Assembly (NCBI GenBank): GCA_031411295.1
Contig: JANOAV010000037.1
Location: forward strand, 32,001 to 96,000
DNA length: 64,000 bases
Source of the DNA: Verrucomicrobiales bacterium
Lineage (GTDB): Bacteria > Verrucomicrobiota > Verrucomicrobiia > Verrucomicrobiales > V1-33
Direction of reading: 5' to 3'
The translations under genes and the position numbers were made by a program. Positions 10,770 through 21,000 of the stretch are shown here, one piece after another; position 1 is the first letter of the stretch; every line of letters starts with the position of its first letter. A model generated the notes under the pieces. The model made no database searches, was not told the origin of the DNA, and saw only the letters and a program-made list of their open reading frames with translations.

Positions 10770-11019
10770 TATCGAATTGTTTGAAGGGAACAGGGTTGGG
10801 CAAATCATACCCATCCCCGAAACTACCACCCAGTCCCTCGAAGTGCAATTCCCGAACGGGGGGGCACGCCAAGCCACTACAGGCTCCCCTACTTTCAGCG
10901 CTGCTGAGTTCAAATCTAGGTTCCCAAAACCCTTGACCAACGAGGAAGAGATTGAGTTTCTGGGGCTTACTGAGAGTCCCTGCATGGTTGAGCCAGCGGG
11001 TGGACCGGAAGTTGTGCCA

Positions 11020-11826
11020 TCACTTGCCTTTCTTGCCATCAATGGTGGCGCCTGAGACGAAGATCATTCCATCCTGAGTAACTTCATTTTTTCCCACATA
11101 CATGCCCCAACGGAAATTCGTCGTGCCGGCAGGTCTGGGATAGGCACCCGCGCCGACCTTTTTACCGTCCAAATAGACCTCATAATCGTTTCCGTTGTCC
11201 CGCACCCGAATATGGAACGGTTTCCCAATCATGTCGTTCGCGATCACCACGTCAGAGCTTCCCCGGCGGTGGTTCAACTTGACGGAGCCAGTGGTGTTGG
11301 TCAGGAGTGAGACCGCCCAGTCGTTCTTGTCGTTCTTCACTTGGAAGATCATCGAGCCGATGGGCTTAACCAGCGTGTAGGTGCCGCTCCACTCGTGCCA
11401 GGAACCGTGTCCCCACTTTAATTCGCTGAAGGCCTCGACTCGGGCGGCATTTTCGCGCGCGTTGTGCACGTTAGTCTCGCCTGTGAAGAGCCGGAAAACT
11501 TGGGTGCTGCCATCCTCCTGATACCAGCGTGACCAATCTTTGAAGTCGCCTCTTGGAATCGCACTGTTGACCAAGGTGTGCAGCTTGATGTTTGAGTCGA
11601 TCGGACGTTTCGCTTCCGGGGTGAGTTCGATCTGACGATGGTCCACTTTAACCTTGGATCCAGTCACGCCTTCCTTCGAGCTATGCCCGTCTGGCAACTT
11701 CTTCCGCTTCACTAATTCTGCAAAAGTGGGATCCTTTCCACTCTGGGTGTAAAGGGGCTCGCAAAAGACTGACTGCATGGAAACGAGGCCGATGAGGATT
11801 GCTAGAGAGCGTTTTCTTAAGGCCAT
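11020..11826 (-). CDS. Polysaccharide lyase family 7-like (jelly-roll) secreted protein
   Basis: Signal peptide; RVE, IFQVK, YEVYLDG and NFRWGMY motifs in the order of the PL7 R-x-E / Q-I-H / YFKxGxY motifs. Confidence 0.65.
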   Translation of the reverse strand: MALRKRSLAILIGLVSMQSVFCEPLYTQSGKDPTFAELVKRKKLPDGHSSKEGVTGSKVKVDHRQIELTPEAKRPIDSNIKLHTLVNSAIPRGDFKDWSRWYQEDGSTQVFRLFTGETNVHNARENAARVEAFSELKWGHGSWHEWSGTYTLVKPIGSMIFQVKNDKNDWAVSLLTNTTGSVKLNHRRGSSDVVIANDMIGKPFHIRVRDNGNDYEVYLDGKKVGAGAYPRPAGTTNFRWGMYVGKNEVTQDGMIFVSGATIDGKKGK

Positions 11827-11922
11827 TTGATTTGCAGGGATAAGGGTCGGATACGGCAAGCAGGAGCAGGTAAAAGATGGGAGGTTTTGATGAGCGGCAG
11901 GGGCAGCGGGCCACCTTGCATG

Positions 11923-13314
11923 CTACCCGAGGAACTGCTTGATGGCACCTGTTTGATCCAGCTTCAAACGCGACATCTCGAGATCGAAGTCGCCATAGTG
12001 CTTGATCGGATTGCCATGGGCGTTGAGCAGGGTGGTATACCAGTTGCCGAGGGTCTTGTGGCCCTCGGTGCCATGAAACGGCAGGCGGATGTAGCGGCCT
12101 GAGCTATTCAGGTTGCACTTGTTGCCGGCCAGAATCACGAACGGGGACTCGATTCCGATGCCGTGGTGAGTTTCTCCATTCTCGGGGAAATACATGATCA
12201 TGGTGTTGTCGAACATCGTGCCTTTCCCCTCGGGAGTCTTCTTCAGTTCTTCGACGATCTGCTTGATCTGATTCACATGACTGATGCGAATCTGCTCACG
12301 GGTCATCCATGCGGGCACGCCGCCGAACGCTTCGTCGTGGCCGAGCGGGTGGATGCCGACACGGTCGGTCTCGTTGCCCGGGAGCCCAATGATTGGCGTG
12401 CCGAGGTCATCAATCGTGTAAGTCACCACATTCGTCAGGCCAGCTTTGAGCGCGGCAATCAGCACGTCCGTCATTCCCGCCTGCTTCTCTGGCGTGGTGG
12501 CGTTTTCGCCACCGTTGGCGTGAACGGGTGCGAGTTTCGGCACGAATTTTTCGAGCGAGCCGGCCATGGCGATGAGCTTCTTGTTGCGCTCGCGAATTGC
12601 ATCAATCGATTCGATCTGCGACTCCTGGCGCTTCATTTCGTGCCCCTTGATGCCGCTGATCTTCATACCTTCCTTGCTTTGCAGGAACGAGAGCATGTCG
12701 TTGTCGGTATTCACGGCATCCGGGTTCAGGACGGACTTGAACAGTTCGCTGCGTGCGGTGTCAGGGTCTGCGTAGCAATAGTTTCTAGTTTGGGGTGCTG
12801 GTGCGGAATATCCTGACACGATGCCCGAGCGACCATCAGCGAAGGACAGCTCAACATGCCCGAACGGTGAAGGGAACAGCTTGGCCAGTTCGAAGTCGAT
12901 CGTCGTCCGTTTGATCGCGCTGAGCGTGTTACGATTCGACTTGAAGCAGCCCATCACTGAGGAAAACGAGAAGTGGACGTTTTCGCTCATCTTGGCGGAG
13001 ATACCCTGGAGGATGGTCATGTTCTCTTTGTGGGCATCCAGGCCCCGCAGCCATTTGGGCAGTTCGTGCTTGTCGAGGGCCACTTCCAAAGGTTGCTTGG
13101 CGTCGTCCAGCGCCTTGTCCTTGGTCGAAAAATCGCGCAGGGCCGTTTCCGTCGGCACGATGCCGCTGGACTTGCGGATAAAAATGAAGCGCTTGGGAAA
13201 ACCACCGCTTATGCCGCCGGGCGACGCGAACAATTGATTGATGGACGGAGCGAGCGCCATCGCGCCCATGCCGAGGATGGATTTGGCCAAGAAGTCTCTC
13301 CTGCTGGTGATCAT
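11923..13314 (-). CDS. DUF1552 domain protein, copy A (Tat-exported)
   Basis: SRRDFL Tat motif; PKRFIFI, TIDFELAK and PEGKGTMFDNT motifs. Confidence 0.9.
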   Translation of the reverse strand: MITSRRDFLAKSILGMGAMALAPSINQLFASPGGISGGFPKRFIFIRKSSGIVPTETALRDFSTKDKALDDAKQPLEVALDKHELPKWLRGLDAHKENMTILQGISAKMSENVHFSFSSVMGCFKSNRNTLSAIKRTTIDFELAKLFPSPFGHVELSFADGRSGIVSGYSAPAPQTRNYCYADPDTARSELFKSVLNPDAVNTDNDMLSFLQSKEGMKISGIKGHEMKRQESQIESIDAIRERNKKLIAMAGSLEKFVPKLAPVHANGGENATTPEKQAGMTDVLIAALKAGLTNVVTYTIDDLGTPIIGLPGNETDRVGIHPLGHDEAFGGVPAWMTREQIRISHVNQIKQIVEELKKTPEGKGTMFDNTMIMYFPENGETHHGIGIESPFVILAGNKCNLNSSGRYIRLPFHGTEGHKTLGNWYTTLLNAHGNPIKHYGDFDLEMSRLKLDQTGAIKQFLG

Positions 13315-13318
13315 GGTA

Positions 13319-16300
13319 TTAATTTTCTATGGGTTTGCGGTAGATAAATGAATCGGAGGTGAGGAGCGACAAGATGACGGCATCAAAACTGCCGCCGCTG
13401 TTGATGTATGCCTGCTCGGCATCCATCAAGGTTTTGGAATCCGAGAGGAATTCGTTGCGCCCCAGGAAGTATCGGAAGGCAAACCGGATGATGGACTGCC
13501 TGACACGTCTGGATTTTGCGAGCCGCTCGGTGAGGTCGATGGCGTCTTTCACTTCTCCGTCGAGCAAGCTGTCACCTGTGCCTTTCAGATAGCCCTTCGA
13601 GTTCACAGGCCGCGTCTTATATACGTCCCGCGTTTCAACCAGCAAATCCCACTTATCCGGGTTCTTCTTCACGAGCTTGTCGGGGTATTCCAGCGACTCC
13701 TGCGTGCGGAACCTGCCGAAGTCATCATAGCTTTCAAAGGCATACCCGAGAGGGTTCATGCCTTCGTGGCATTTCCAGCAGTAGGCTGTTTCCGTGGCAC
13801 TGGCCAGACGATCGCGCAGGGTCTTGTCGTGATGCTCGGGAATGACCGCGTCCACGCTGATGGGCGTGTCGGGCAACGTTCCTGCCAGCAATTTTTCGCG
13901 CACCCACTTGCCACGATGAACAGGATCGGTCTCGGTGTTTTTCGCGAAGGCGACGAGCCATGACGGGTGCGTGAGGATGCCCTTGCGATTCGGGAGCTTG
14001 CCCGGCTGCTGCGTCTGATAATCCCAATCGTCCAATGGAATGCCGTAAAACATCGCGACGTTGTAGCCGACCATGAATTCATAACCATAGCCAGGATACG
14101 TATCGAAGGGCGCGGCCTCTTTCTGCCCTTTATCGAGCCGCGCGGTGATGGTTGTCATCGCTTTCTTGAAAAGCTGGATAGGCTTTCCCTGCCTGGTGCC
14201 GCCGCTGTCGAGGTTGTCGGGGTCCACGGTGCGCATCTTCACTTCGCGGAGAAAGTCCGCGTGCTTGAGGAGGTCTTCGTTCTTGAAGTTCTTCCAATCG
14301 AGGTCCTTGTAATGAGCATAGATGCGCTTGAGGCGGTCGGACGCGGCCTGCATCCGCTCATTGTCCCCGTCGTGGTAAATGTAGAATTTGTCCGTGGTCA
14401 GTAGTTCCTCGAAGACGTTTTGATCCTTTTCGAGGATATGCTCGATGAGCCTGTCGGTCTCATTGACGAGGCGGCAGGTGGCGTCGGCGATTCTGTCCCC
14501 GCCAAAACGCTTCTCGTCCTTGAATATCGAAATCGCCGCCGGATAGCCGAAGAACTCGCGGAAGAACCGCAGTTTGCGGATAGGCGTCTGCGTCGTGTTC
14601 TCCGGGTAACTTTTGTCGTAGAGGACGGTATCAATGAGCCAGGTCGTGTCGCGGCTTTTCAAGAGGCGCAGGACTTCACGCTCATAGTCTTCCCTCGTGT
14701 TCAGCTTCCCGCCCGCTGCGGCGGCGGCGAGTTCAATGTCGGGCGCCTGGTCGGTTAGCGCGTAGGCGATGGCGTAACTGGCATCGCGCGGGGCAAGCAT
14801 CCGGCGTCCGTATTGGTCGGCCGGCCCGGAGCCAAATTCCTGCCGATAGGCAAACTCCGTCGAAAGGATAAACGTCTGGATGAGCTTCTGGATGGCCTTG
14901 AGTTTGCCGAGCTTGGTTACGTAGGTCTTGGCAACGGCCAGATACTCCTGCGTTTCCGAGTCGGTCGGCGGACGTTGCAAAATCTGCATGGATAGCTCGC
15001 TCACGAGTTCCAAGAGCAGCTTGTCCGAGGGCATCCCGGCAGAATTTCGTTGCTTCTCAAAATCCTGCCCCCACTCACTCAGGCACTTCTTGATGATGTC
15101 AGAATAACGATCGCCCTGCCTGCGATTCTTCATCACCGTCTCGCGGACAATTGTCATCTCAGCAGCATCCGACTGTGTCCCCCCAGCAGGCTGACCTTTC
15201 GGTTTTACCTGCCTCAGTTTTTTCGCGGCTGACTTGCTCGGTTTGAACTTCTTTCCGCTTGCAACCATCTCGCGAATTTCCGGCATATAATCCCGGAGAA
15301 TGGTCACCCGTCCCTGGATTGTCCGTTCATCGTTCCCGTAATAAAACCAAGTCCGCTCGCACAAATCCCGGAACTGGTCGTCGGACAGCTTCGAGTAGCG
15401 GTCGTCCTGGAGAAGGTCAGACACAGTGGCCTCGCCCTTTAATTGCGACAGCATGTTCTGGGCAACGTGGAAAGGAGCCTTCTTGTAAGTCTCCCCTTTG
15501 GCCAGCGTCTCTGGCGCCTTGAGTTGCACCTTTTTGAACGCCGGCAGCAGGGCTGCGTTCTTGCCGCCGTATATCTCTTCACAAATGTCGGCAATGTTTT
15601 CCTCGAGGAACTCCTGACGTTCCGCCAACGTGTCTTGCAGCCGGTCGTCGAGCGACATAATTTCATTGATGGCCGGGAGAAACTTGATGTTCCGCTTCAC
15701 CAAGTCCTCCGTAATGAACTCGGCGGTCTTCTGCGCGTTGGTCAGCATGCTCGACAGATGCCCGCCCGTCAGATCCTCGTTCGCGTAGTATCTTACGCCG
15801 GATGTGTTCGGCAGGAGGAAGGGATTGGTCAGGCTGAGTCCTTGGATCTTGTTGCTGCCCAGGATGCCCGCCGCTTTTCCGCCGCGCTTGACCGTGGCTT
15901 TCTGTTCCAGCATCTGCTGAAACTTCGCATTGAAGATGTATTCGCTGATGAGCCATCGGCGGTCATAGGTGAATCCGGGTAAATTTTTATACTCGCCCGA
16001 GAACAGTTTTTCATGGTTCACGTAGTTGCCAAATTCGGGCTTCTGCAACTTGTCCTCCAGTGTTGAGGCTTTATGCGTGCCCAGTTCTTTCGCGAGCAGC
16101 GCCAGCACCGTGGCGCGCTCGTCGTCGCTGGGTTGTGTCTTGTTCTTGGGCGGCATTTGCTGGAAAAAGAGTTGCTCCTGCATCTTGTTGAGCAAATCGA
16201 GCCGCCGCGGCAAATCCATCTCGGCCAAGTTATCCAGCCTCACGTCGCCTTTGTGCGTCTCCGCGTCGTGGCACGAATAGCACTGGCTGTTCAAGACCAA

Positions 16301-16429
16301 TGCGATCTTTTCCGGGATGAGGAAGGGCTGCGCGGGAGCGGACTTGCCATCTTGTGTCGCAGCCCCGCCGACGGGGCCTGCACCCAGCAGCACGGCGGCT
16401 ATCCCTGCATGGAAAGTTGCCTTATTCAT
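13319..16429 (-). CDS. DUF1588/DUF1592-family cytochrome c protein, copy A
   Basis: CYSCH and CWKCH heme motifs; RKGILTHPSWL, DPVHRGKWVREKLL, MNPLG and FESYDDFGRFR motifs. Start refined to MNKATF. Confidence 0.9.
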   Translation of the reverse strand: MNKATFHAGIAAVLLGAGPVGGAATQDGKSAPAQPFLIPEKIALVLNSQCYSCHDAETHKGDVRLDNLAEMDLPRRLDLLNKMQEQLFFQQMPPKNKTQPSDDERATVLALLAKELGTHKASTLEDKLQKPEFGNYVNHEKLFSGEYKNLPGFTYDRRWLISEYIFNAKFQQMLEQKATVKRGGKAAGILGSNKIQGLSLTNPFLLPNTSGVRYYANEDLTGGHLSSMLTNAQKTAEFITEDLVKRNIKFLPAINEIMSLDDRLQDTLAERQEFLEENIADICEEIYGGKNAALLPAFKKVQLKAPETLAKGETYKKAPFHVAQNMLSQLKGEATVSDLLQDDRYSKLSDDQFRDLCERTWFYYGNDERTIQGRVTILRDYMPEIREMVASGKKFKPSKSAAKKLRQVKPKGQPAGGTQSDAAEMTIVRETVMKNRRQGDRYSDIIKKCLSEWGQDFEKQRNSAGMPSDKLLLELVSELSMQILQRPPTDSETQEYLAVAKTYVTKLGKLKAIQKLIQTFILSTEFAYRQEFGSGPADQYGRRMLAPRDASYAIAYALTDQAPDIELAAAAAGGKLNTREDYEREVLRLLKSRDTTWLIDTVLYDKSYPENTTQTPIRKLRFFREFFGYPAAISIFKDEKRFGGDRIADATCRLVNETDRLIEHILEKDQNVFEELLTTDKFYIYHDGDNERMQAASDRLKRIYAHYKDLDWKNFKNEDLLKHADFLREVKMRTVDPDNLDSGGTRQGKPIQLFKKAMTTITARLDKGQKEAAPFDTYPGYGYEFMVGYNVAMFYGIPLDDWDYQTQQPGKLPNRKGILTHPSWLVAFAKNTETDPVHRGKWVREKLLAGTLPDTPISVDAVIPEHHDKTLRDRLASATETAYCWKCHEGMNPLGYAFESYDDFGRFRTQESLEYPDKLVKKNPDKWDLLVETRDVYKTRPVNSKGYLKGTGDSLLDGEVKDAIDLTERLAKSRRVRQSIIRFAFRYFLGRNEFLSDSKTLMDAEQAYINSGGSFDAVILSLLTSDSFIYRKPIEN

Positions 16430-16616
16430 CGGGTGATTCCTCCGGGTTCTTCCCTGCAGGAGCCCATCCCCAGATCGGGATCGGCTTTTCCCGCTGGAGC
16501 ACCAGGCTGCTCTTGAAAATCCCATGAATCTTCAGGCTCTCGGAGGCACCGGCGGGGATGGTCGTCAACATCAGCAACAGGAGGAGAGCTCCCAGAGCGC
16601 AGATTTGAAATGTCAT
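16422..16616 (-). pseudogene. Truncated sialate O-acetylesterase (signal peptide plus about 30 residues of the N-terminal domain)
   Basis: LKIHGIFKSSLVLQREKPIPIWGWA matches the N-terminal 'L..IF.S.MVLQR.KP.P.WGWA' motif of 9-O-acetylesterases, then the frame ends at a stop codon. Confidence 0.8.
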
Positions 16617-16685
16617 TTTCTTTATAGGTTGGGTATTAGTCTCACTCCCGAATGGGGCGTGATCGGCAATCGACAAGAAATGAAC

Positions 16686-18080
16686 CTATGCGAGGAACTG
16701 TTTGATGGCGCCTGCTTGATCCAACTTCAGGCGGGACATTTCGAGATCTAAGTCGCCATAGTGCTTGATCGGATTCCCGTGGGCATTGAGCAGGGTGGTA
16801 TACCAATTGCCGATCGTTTTGTGACCTTCAGTGCCGTGGTAGGGCAGGCGGATGTAGCGGCCGGCTAGGTGGAGATTGCAATTGTCTCCCGCCAGGATGA
16901 CGAAGGGTGCCTCGAAGCCCCAGCCGTGGTGGGTTTCACCACCTTCGGGGAAATACATGATCATCGTGTTGTCAAACATCGTGCCCTTGCCTTCGGGCTC
17001 TGCCTTGAGGCGCTCCACGATGCGGGCGACCTGACGCATGTGACCGATGCGGATGTTTTCGCGAATCTTGTCGGCGGGGACGCCGCCGTAACTTTCGTTG
17101 TGGCCGAGCGCGTGGATGGAGATGCGGTCCGCCTCATTGCCAGGCAGGCCTCGCACCGGCGTGGAAAGCTCGTCGATGGTGAAGGTGACCACGTTAGTCA
17201 GGCCGGTGATGAGGGCGGCAATGAGGATGTCCGTCATGGCCTGCTCTTTTTCCGGTGAAGAGGCGTTAGGGCCGCCATTGGCGTGGATCTTCCCAAGCTG
17301 GGGGATGTGCTTGGAAATGGAGCCAGCCATTTTCGAAAGCTTCAGGTTCCTTGCCTGGATGGCTTCGATGGAGCTGATGTGGCTGCTGAGTTTCTGTTTC
17401 TCGTAACCCTGGAGGACGCGCTCCTTGAAGGATTCCTCGCTTTCAAGAAAGTTGAGCATGGCGTTGTCGGAGTCCACGGAGGTGGGGTTGGTCACCGCGC
17501 GGAAGAGTTCGTTGAAGGCGGTCTGGGGATCTGCGTAGCAATAGTTCCTCTGGTGGGGGCCGGATGCGGAGTAGCCGGAGACGATGCCGGTGCGATACTT
17601 GGAATAGTCTCCCGTGAGCGAGAGTTCGATGTGTCCGAAGGGCGAGGGAAACAATTTCGCCAGCTCGAAATCAATCGTCGCGCGTTTGATGCCGCTCAGG
17701 GAGTTACGGTTGGATTTATATGCGCCCATCACGGAGGAGTAGGAATAGTGTCCGTTCTCGCTCATCATGCAGGAGAGTCCCTGCAGGAGGCAAAGGTTGG
17801 CCTTGTGCTTATCCAACGCCCGCAGATACGGGGGCAGTTCATGGTCACGGAGGTCCACTTCCAGCGACTGCTTCTTTTCCTCAAGGGCCTTGTCTTTGGC
17901 TGAGAGCGTGGGCAGGGCGACCTCGTTAGGGCGCTCACCGTTGGATTTACGAATGAAGATAAAACGCTTCGGCATGCCGGTTCCGGCGGCGGCGGCTCCG
18001 AAGGCCTTGAGACACGGTGTGAGGGAAAGGGCGCCTGCGCCCAGAGCCGTGGTTTTGAGAAAGTTTCTTCTGTTGTTCAT
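16686..18080 (-). CDS. DUF1552 domain protein, copy B (Tat-exported)
   Basis: NRRNFL Tat motif; clear paralog of 11923-13314 (both contain YTTLLNAHGNPIKHYGD). Confidence 0.9.
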   Translation of the reverse strand: MNNRRNFLKTTALGAGALSLTPCLKAFGAAAAGTGMPKRFIFIRKSNGERPNEVALPTLSAKDKALEEKKQSLEVDLRDHELPPYLRALDKHKANLCLLQGLSCMMSENGHYSYSSVMGAYKSNRNSLSGIKRATIDFELAKLFPSPFGHIELSLTGDYSKYRTGIVSGYSASGPHQRNYCYADPQTAFNELFRAVTNPTSVDSDNAMLNFLESEESFKERVLQGYEKQKLSSHISSIEAIQARNLKLSKMAGSISKHIPQLGKIHANGGPNASSPEKEQAMTDILIAALITGLTNVVTFTIDELSTPVRGLPGNEADRISIHALGHNESYGGVPADKIRENIRIGHMRQVARIVERLKAEPEGKGTMFDNTMIMYFPEGGETHHGWGFEAPFVILAGDNCNLHLAGRYIRLPYHGTEGHKTIGNWYTTLLNAHGNPIKHYGDLDLEMSRLKLDQAGAIKQFLA

Positions 18081-18084
18081 GGTG

Positions 18085-21000
18085 TTATTTGTTGATCGTG
18101 GCGGGTTTGCGGTAAATGAAGGAATCGGAAGTCAGGAGCGAGACGATGACGGCATCGAAGCTGCCTCCGCTTTGGAGATAAGCCTGATCGGCGTCCATCA
18201 AGGTCTTGGAATCAGAGAGGACCTCGTTGCGGCCCAGAAAATAGCGGAAGGCATGACGAATGATGGACTGGCGAACTTTGGTGGATTTTCCGAGGCGCTC
18301 GGCCAGATCCAATGCGTTGCTCAGATCACCGTCCAAGGCGGGATCACCAGTTCCCTCAAGTCGGCCGACGGCGTTTACCGGCAGGGTCTTGTAGAGGTCG
18401 CGCAGGTCGGCCTGTGGGGGGCCTTTTTCGGGCATTTTTTTGACAAGGTTATCCGGGTGCTCAAGGGATTCCTCGGTGCGGAAGCGGCCGAAATCGTCAT
18501 ACATTTCAAAAGTGGTTCCGAGCGGGTTCATGCGCTCATGACATTTCCAACAGTATTCGGCCTGGGTAACTTTATCAAGACGCTGGCGCAGGGTCTTATG
18601 GTGGTCCTCAGGAATCACTGCATCCACGGTGACCGGGACGTCGGGAATGGTGCCGGCCAGCAGTTTTTCCCGGACCCATTTGCCGCGGCGGATCGGGTCG
18701 GTGGCAGTGTTTCCGGCAAACGCGATGAGCCAGGCGGGGTGGGTGAGCATTCCCTTGCGGTGCTCCATTTTGGCGGGCTGGGTGGCGGGGTAGTTCCAGT
18801 TGGTCATGTCGAGGTTGAAGCTTTTTGCCACCTCGGAGCCTCCGAGATTTTTGCCAGTGCGAGTCTTCGCAGCGCTGGGAACTCCAAAGACCGATGAGAA
18901 TGGTGCGGTGACCGTGGGCCCTTTGCCAAGCCGTTGCGTGTAGTCAGTCATCATCCCTTGGAAGATCTTCACTTGATCCGAGCGGCCTCCGACTTTGCCG
19001 ATCGCGTCGAGATTCAGGCCGGGCATGGGATTTTCTTTCAAGAAGGGAATATGGGGCTTCAACTTTTCCGCATCGAAGCTCTGCCAGTCTTTGTCCTTAA
19101 AGTATTCATAGATTTTGCGGATGAGTTCTGTCGCGGTGGTCATCTTCGCATTGTCACCACTGTGATAAACGAAAAACTCCTCCGTGGTTAGGAGGTGTTC
19201 CAAGACATGCTGATCATTTTTAACGATGAGCTCCACCAGCATGTCCGCTTCGCTAACGATCTGCCCGGCAGTATTGACGTAATTGCCGCCGAAACGCTTG
19301 TTGTCTTTGAAAATGGCAAGCATGCTGGGATAGCCGAAAAACTCGCGGAAGAAGCGCAGCTTGCGAATGGGGAGGTTGGTAAAACTGTCGCTCCCTAATT
19401 TCTCCACAGCCTCATCCACCACATAATACTGGCTGCGAACCTGGAGCATCCGTTCCACTTCGCGGCGGTAGTCTTCCCGCGTGTTCAGCTTCCCGCTGCT
19501 GGCAGCGGTCGCGAGTTCTTTGTCGGGACTGCTGTCGGTGAGCGCATAGGCCAGCGCGTAGCTGGCATCCCGGGGCGAGAGCATTTTCCGCCCGTGCTCG
19601 TCCGCAGTTCTTTCTCCGAACTCCTGACGATAAACGAAGTCGGTTCGGAGAATGAGGGTCTGAATGAGCTTGTCGATTGCCAGTTCGTTGCCGATTTTCT
19701 GAAAATAAGACTTTGTTAGAGTGGTGTATTCGGCCTTTTCCTGCGAGGTCGGAGCGCGCTCAATGATTTTGGTGAAAAGCTGATCCACCAGCTTATCAAT
19801 GGCCTCGTCAGTCGTCTTCGTCTTTTCGCGCTCACCGCGGAATCCGTCGCTCCACTCGCTGACGCATTTCGCGATCACCGCGCTATAGGTGTCCCCGGCT
19901 TGCCGGTGTTTCAGCAGGGCGGTGCGCATCACGGCCAGTTCGGCATCGGCGGGAGGCTTGGGCGTGGCGGTGTTCGGCTGCGGTTGGCGCTTGAGCAGGT
20001 CCTCCAGGTAGCCGTGCATGAAGGCGATCCGCGTCTGGATGGTCCGCTCGTTGACGCCAAATTGGAACCAATCCCGTTCGCATTTGATGATCAGGGCGTC
20101 CTCGCTTTCCCCGTCTTTGAAGTTCCGGCGGAGGATGGCCCAAATCTCACTCAACTCATCATTGGAGGGTTTGGCCGTATCAAAGACCGGCTTTTTGAGC
20201 GGCTTGCCGTCGGGACCCTTGGCTACGGGCGGAGCTTCCCATTTCGAGGCGACAAACTTGGGCAGCAATGTCTCGTGCTTTTCTTTGAAGAGGTCGCGCA
20301 GCAACTGCTCAATGTTCGTATTCAGGTAAGTCTCGCGCGCCACCAGCGTCTTTTCATGCTCCCATTCCGGTGCCATGATCGCAGTCAACGCCGGCAGATA
20401 GGTCTTCTTTTTCGCGAGCGAGATGAGATACGCCGACACCTCCTTGGCATTGGTGATCATCGTGAGGAGATGCCCGCCATCCAGCGTCGTCGTGTCGTAG
20501 TAGCGGACGCCACTGTGGGTGGGTAAAAGAAACGGGTTGGTGAGATTTACCCGCACACCGTTCCTGCCGTTGTCTCCGATGACCTGTTGCCGTTTGCCGT
20601 CAATGTCGCGTTGGCCGACATAATCCAGCAGCTTGTTAAACTTCGCATCAAAAATGAATTCACTGATTAACCAGCGTCGGTCCGGAGTGAAGCCGGGGAG
20701 ATCTTTGTATTTGCCGGAGAATAGTTTATTGTAATCGACCACGTTGCCATATTCCGGCATGCGCAGTTTGTCTTCGAGCTTGGAGGCGTTATGCGCCCGC
20801 AATTCCTTCCCAACCCATTCTGTCAGCACCCCCCGCTCGGCTTCGGAGGGTTGGGTTTTCTTTTTCGGCGGCATTTCACCCAGGAAGATCTGCTCCTGCG
20901 CGCGGTTCAGTAGATCGAGTCGCGCCTCCAGGGTGAGGCTTGGCAAATTATCCAACCTAACTTCGCCCTTCTGCGCGTCAGCATCATGGCAGTCATAGCA

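Noticed and set aside
10770..11042. N-terminal extension of the PSD1 ORF in the ORF track
   Set aside because: The signal peptide begins at MRSFKF (10769); the extension is most likely intergenic.
10666..11055. Plus-strand ORF containing SAAEFKSR, resembling a Phd/YefM antitoxin start
   Set aside because: The similarity is limited to about 6 residues, the ORF overlaps two opposite-strand genes, and there is no toxin partner.
16430..16525. N-terminal extension of DUF1588 copy A
   Set aside because: It overlaps the esterase stub in another frame; the signal peptide starts at 16429.
17767..18897. 376-aa plus-strand ORF (and similar long antisense ORFs, e.g. 37838-38734, 56414-57238)
   Set aside because: Antisense shadows of high-GC genes with no recognisable motifs.
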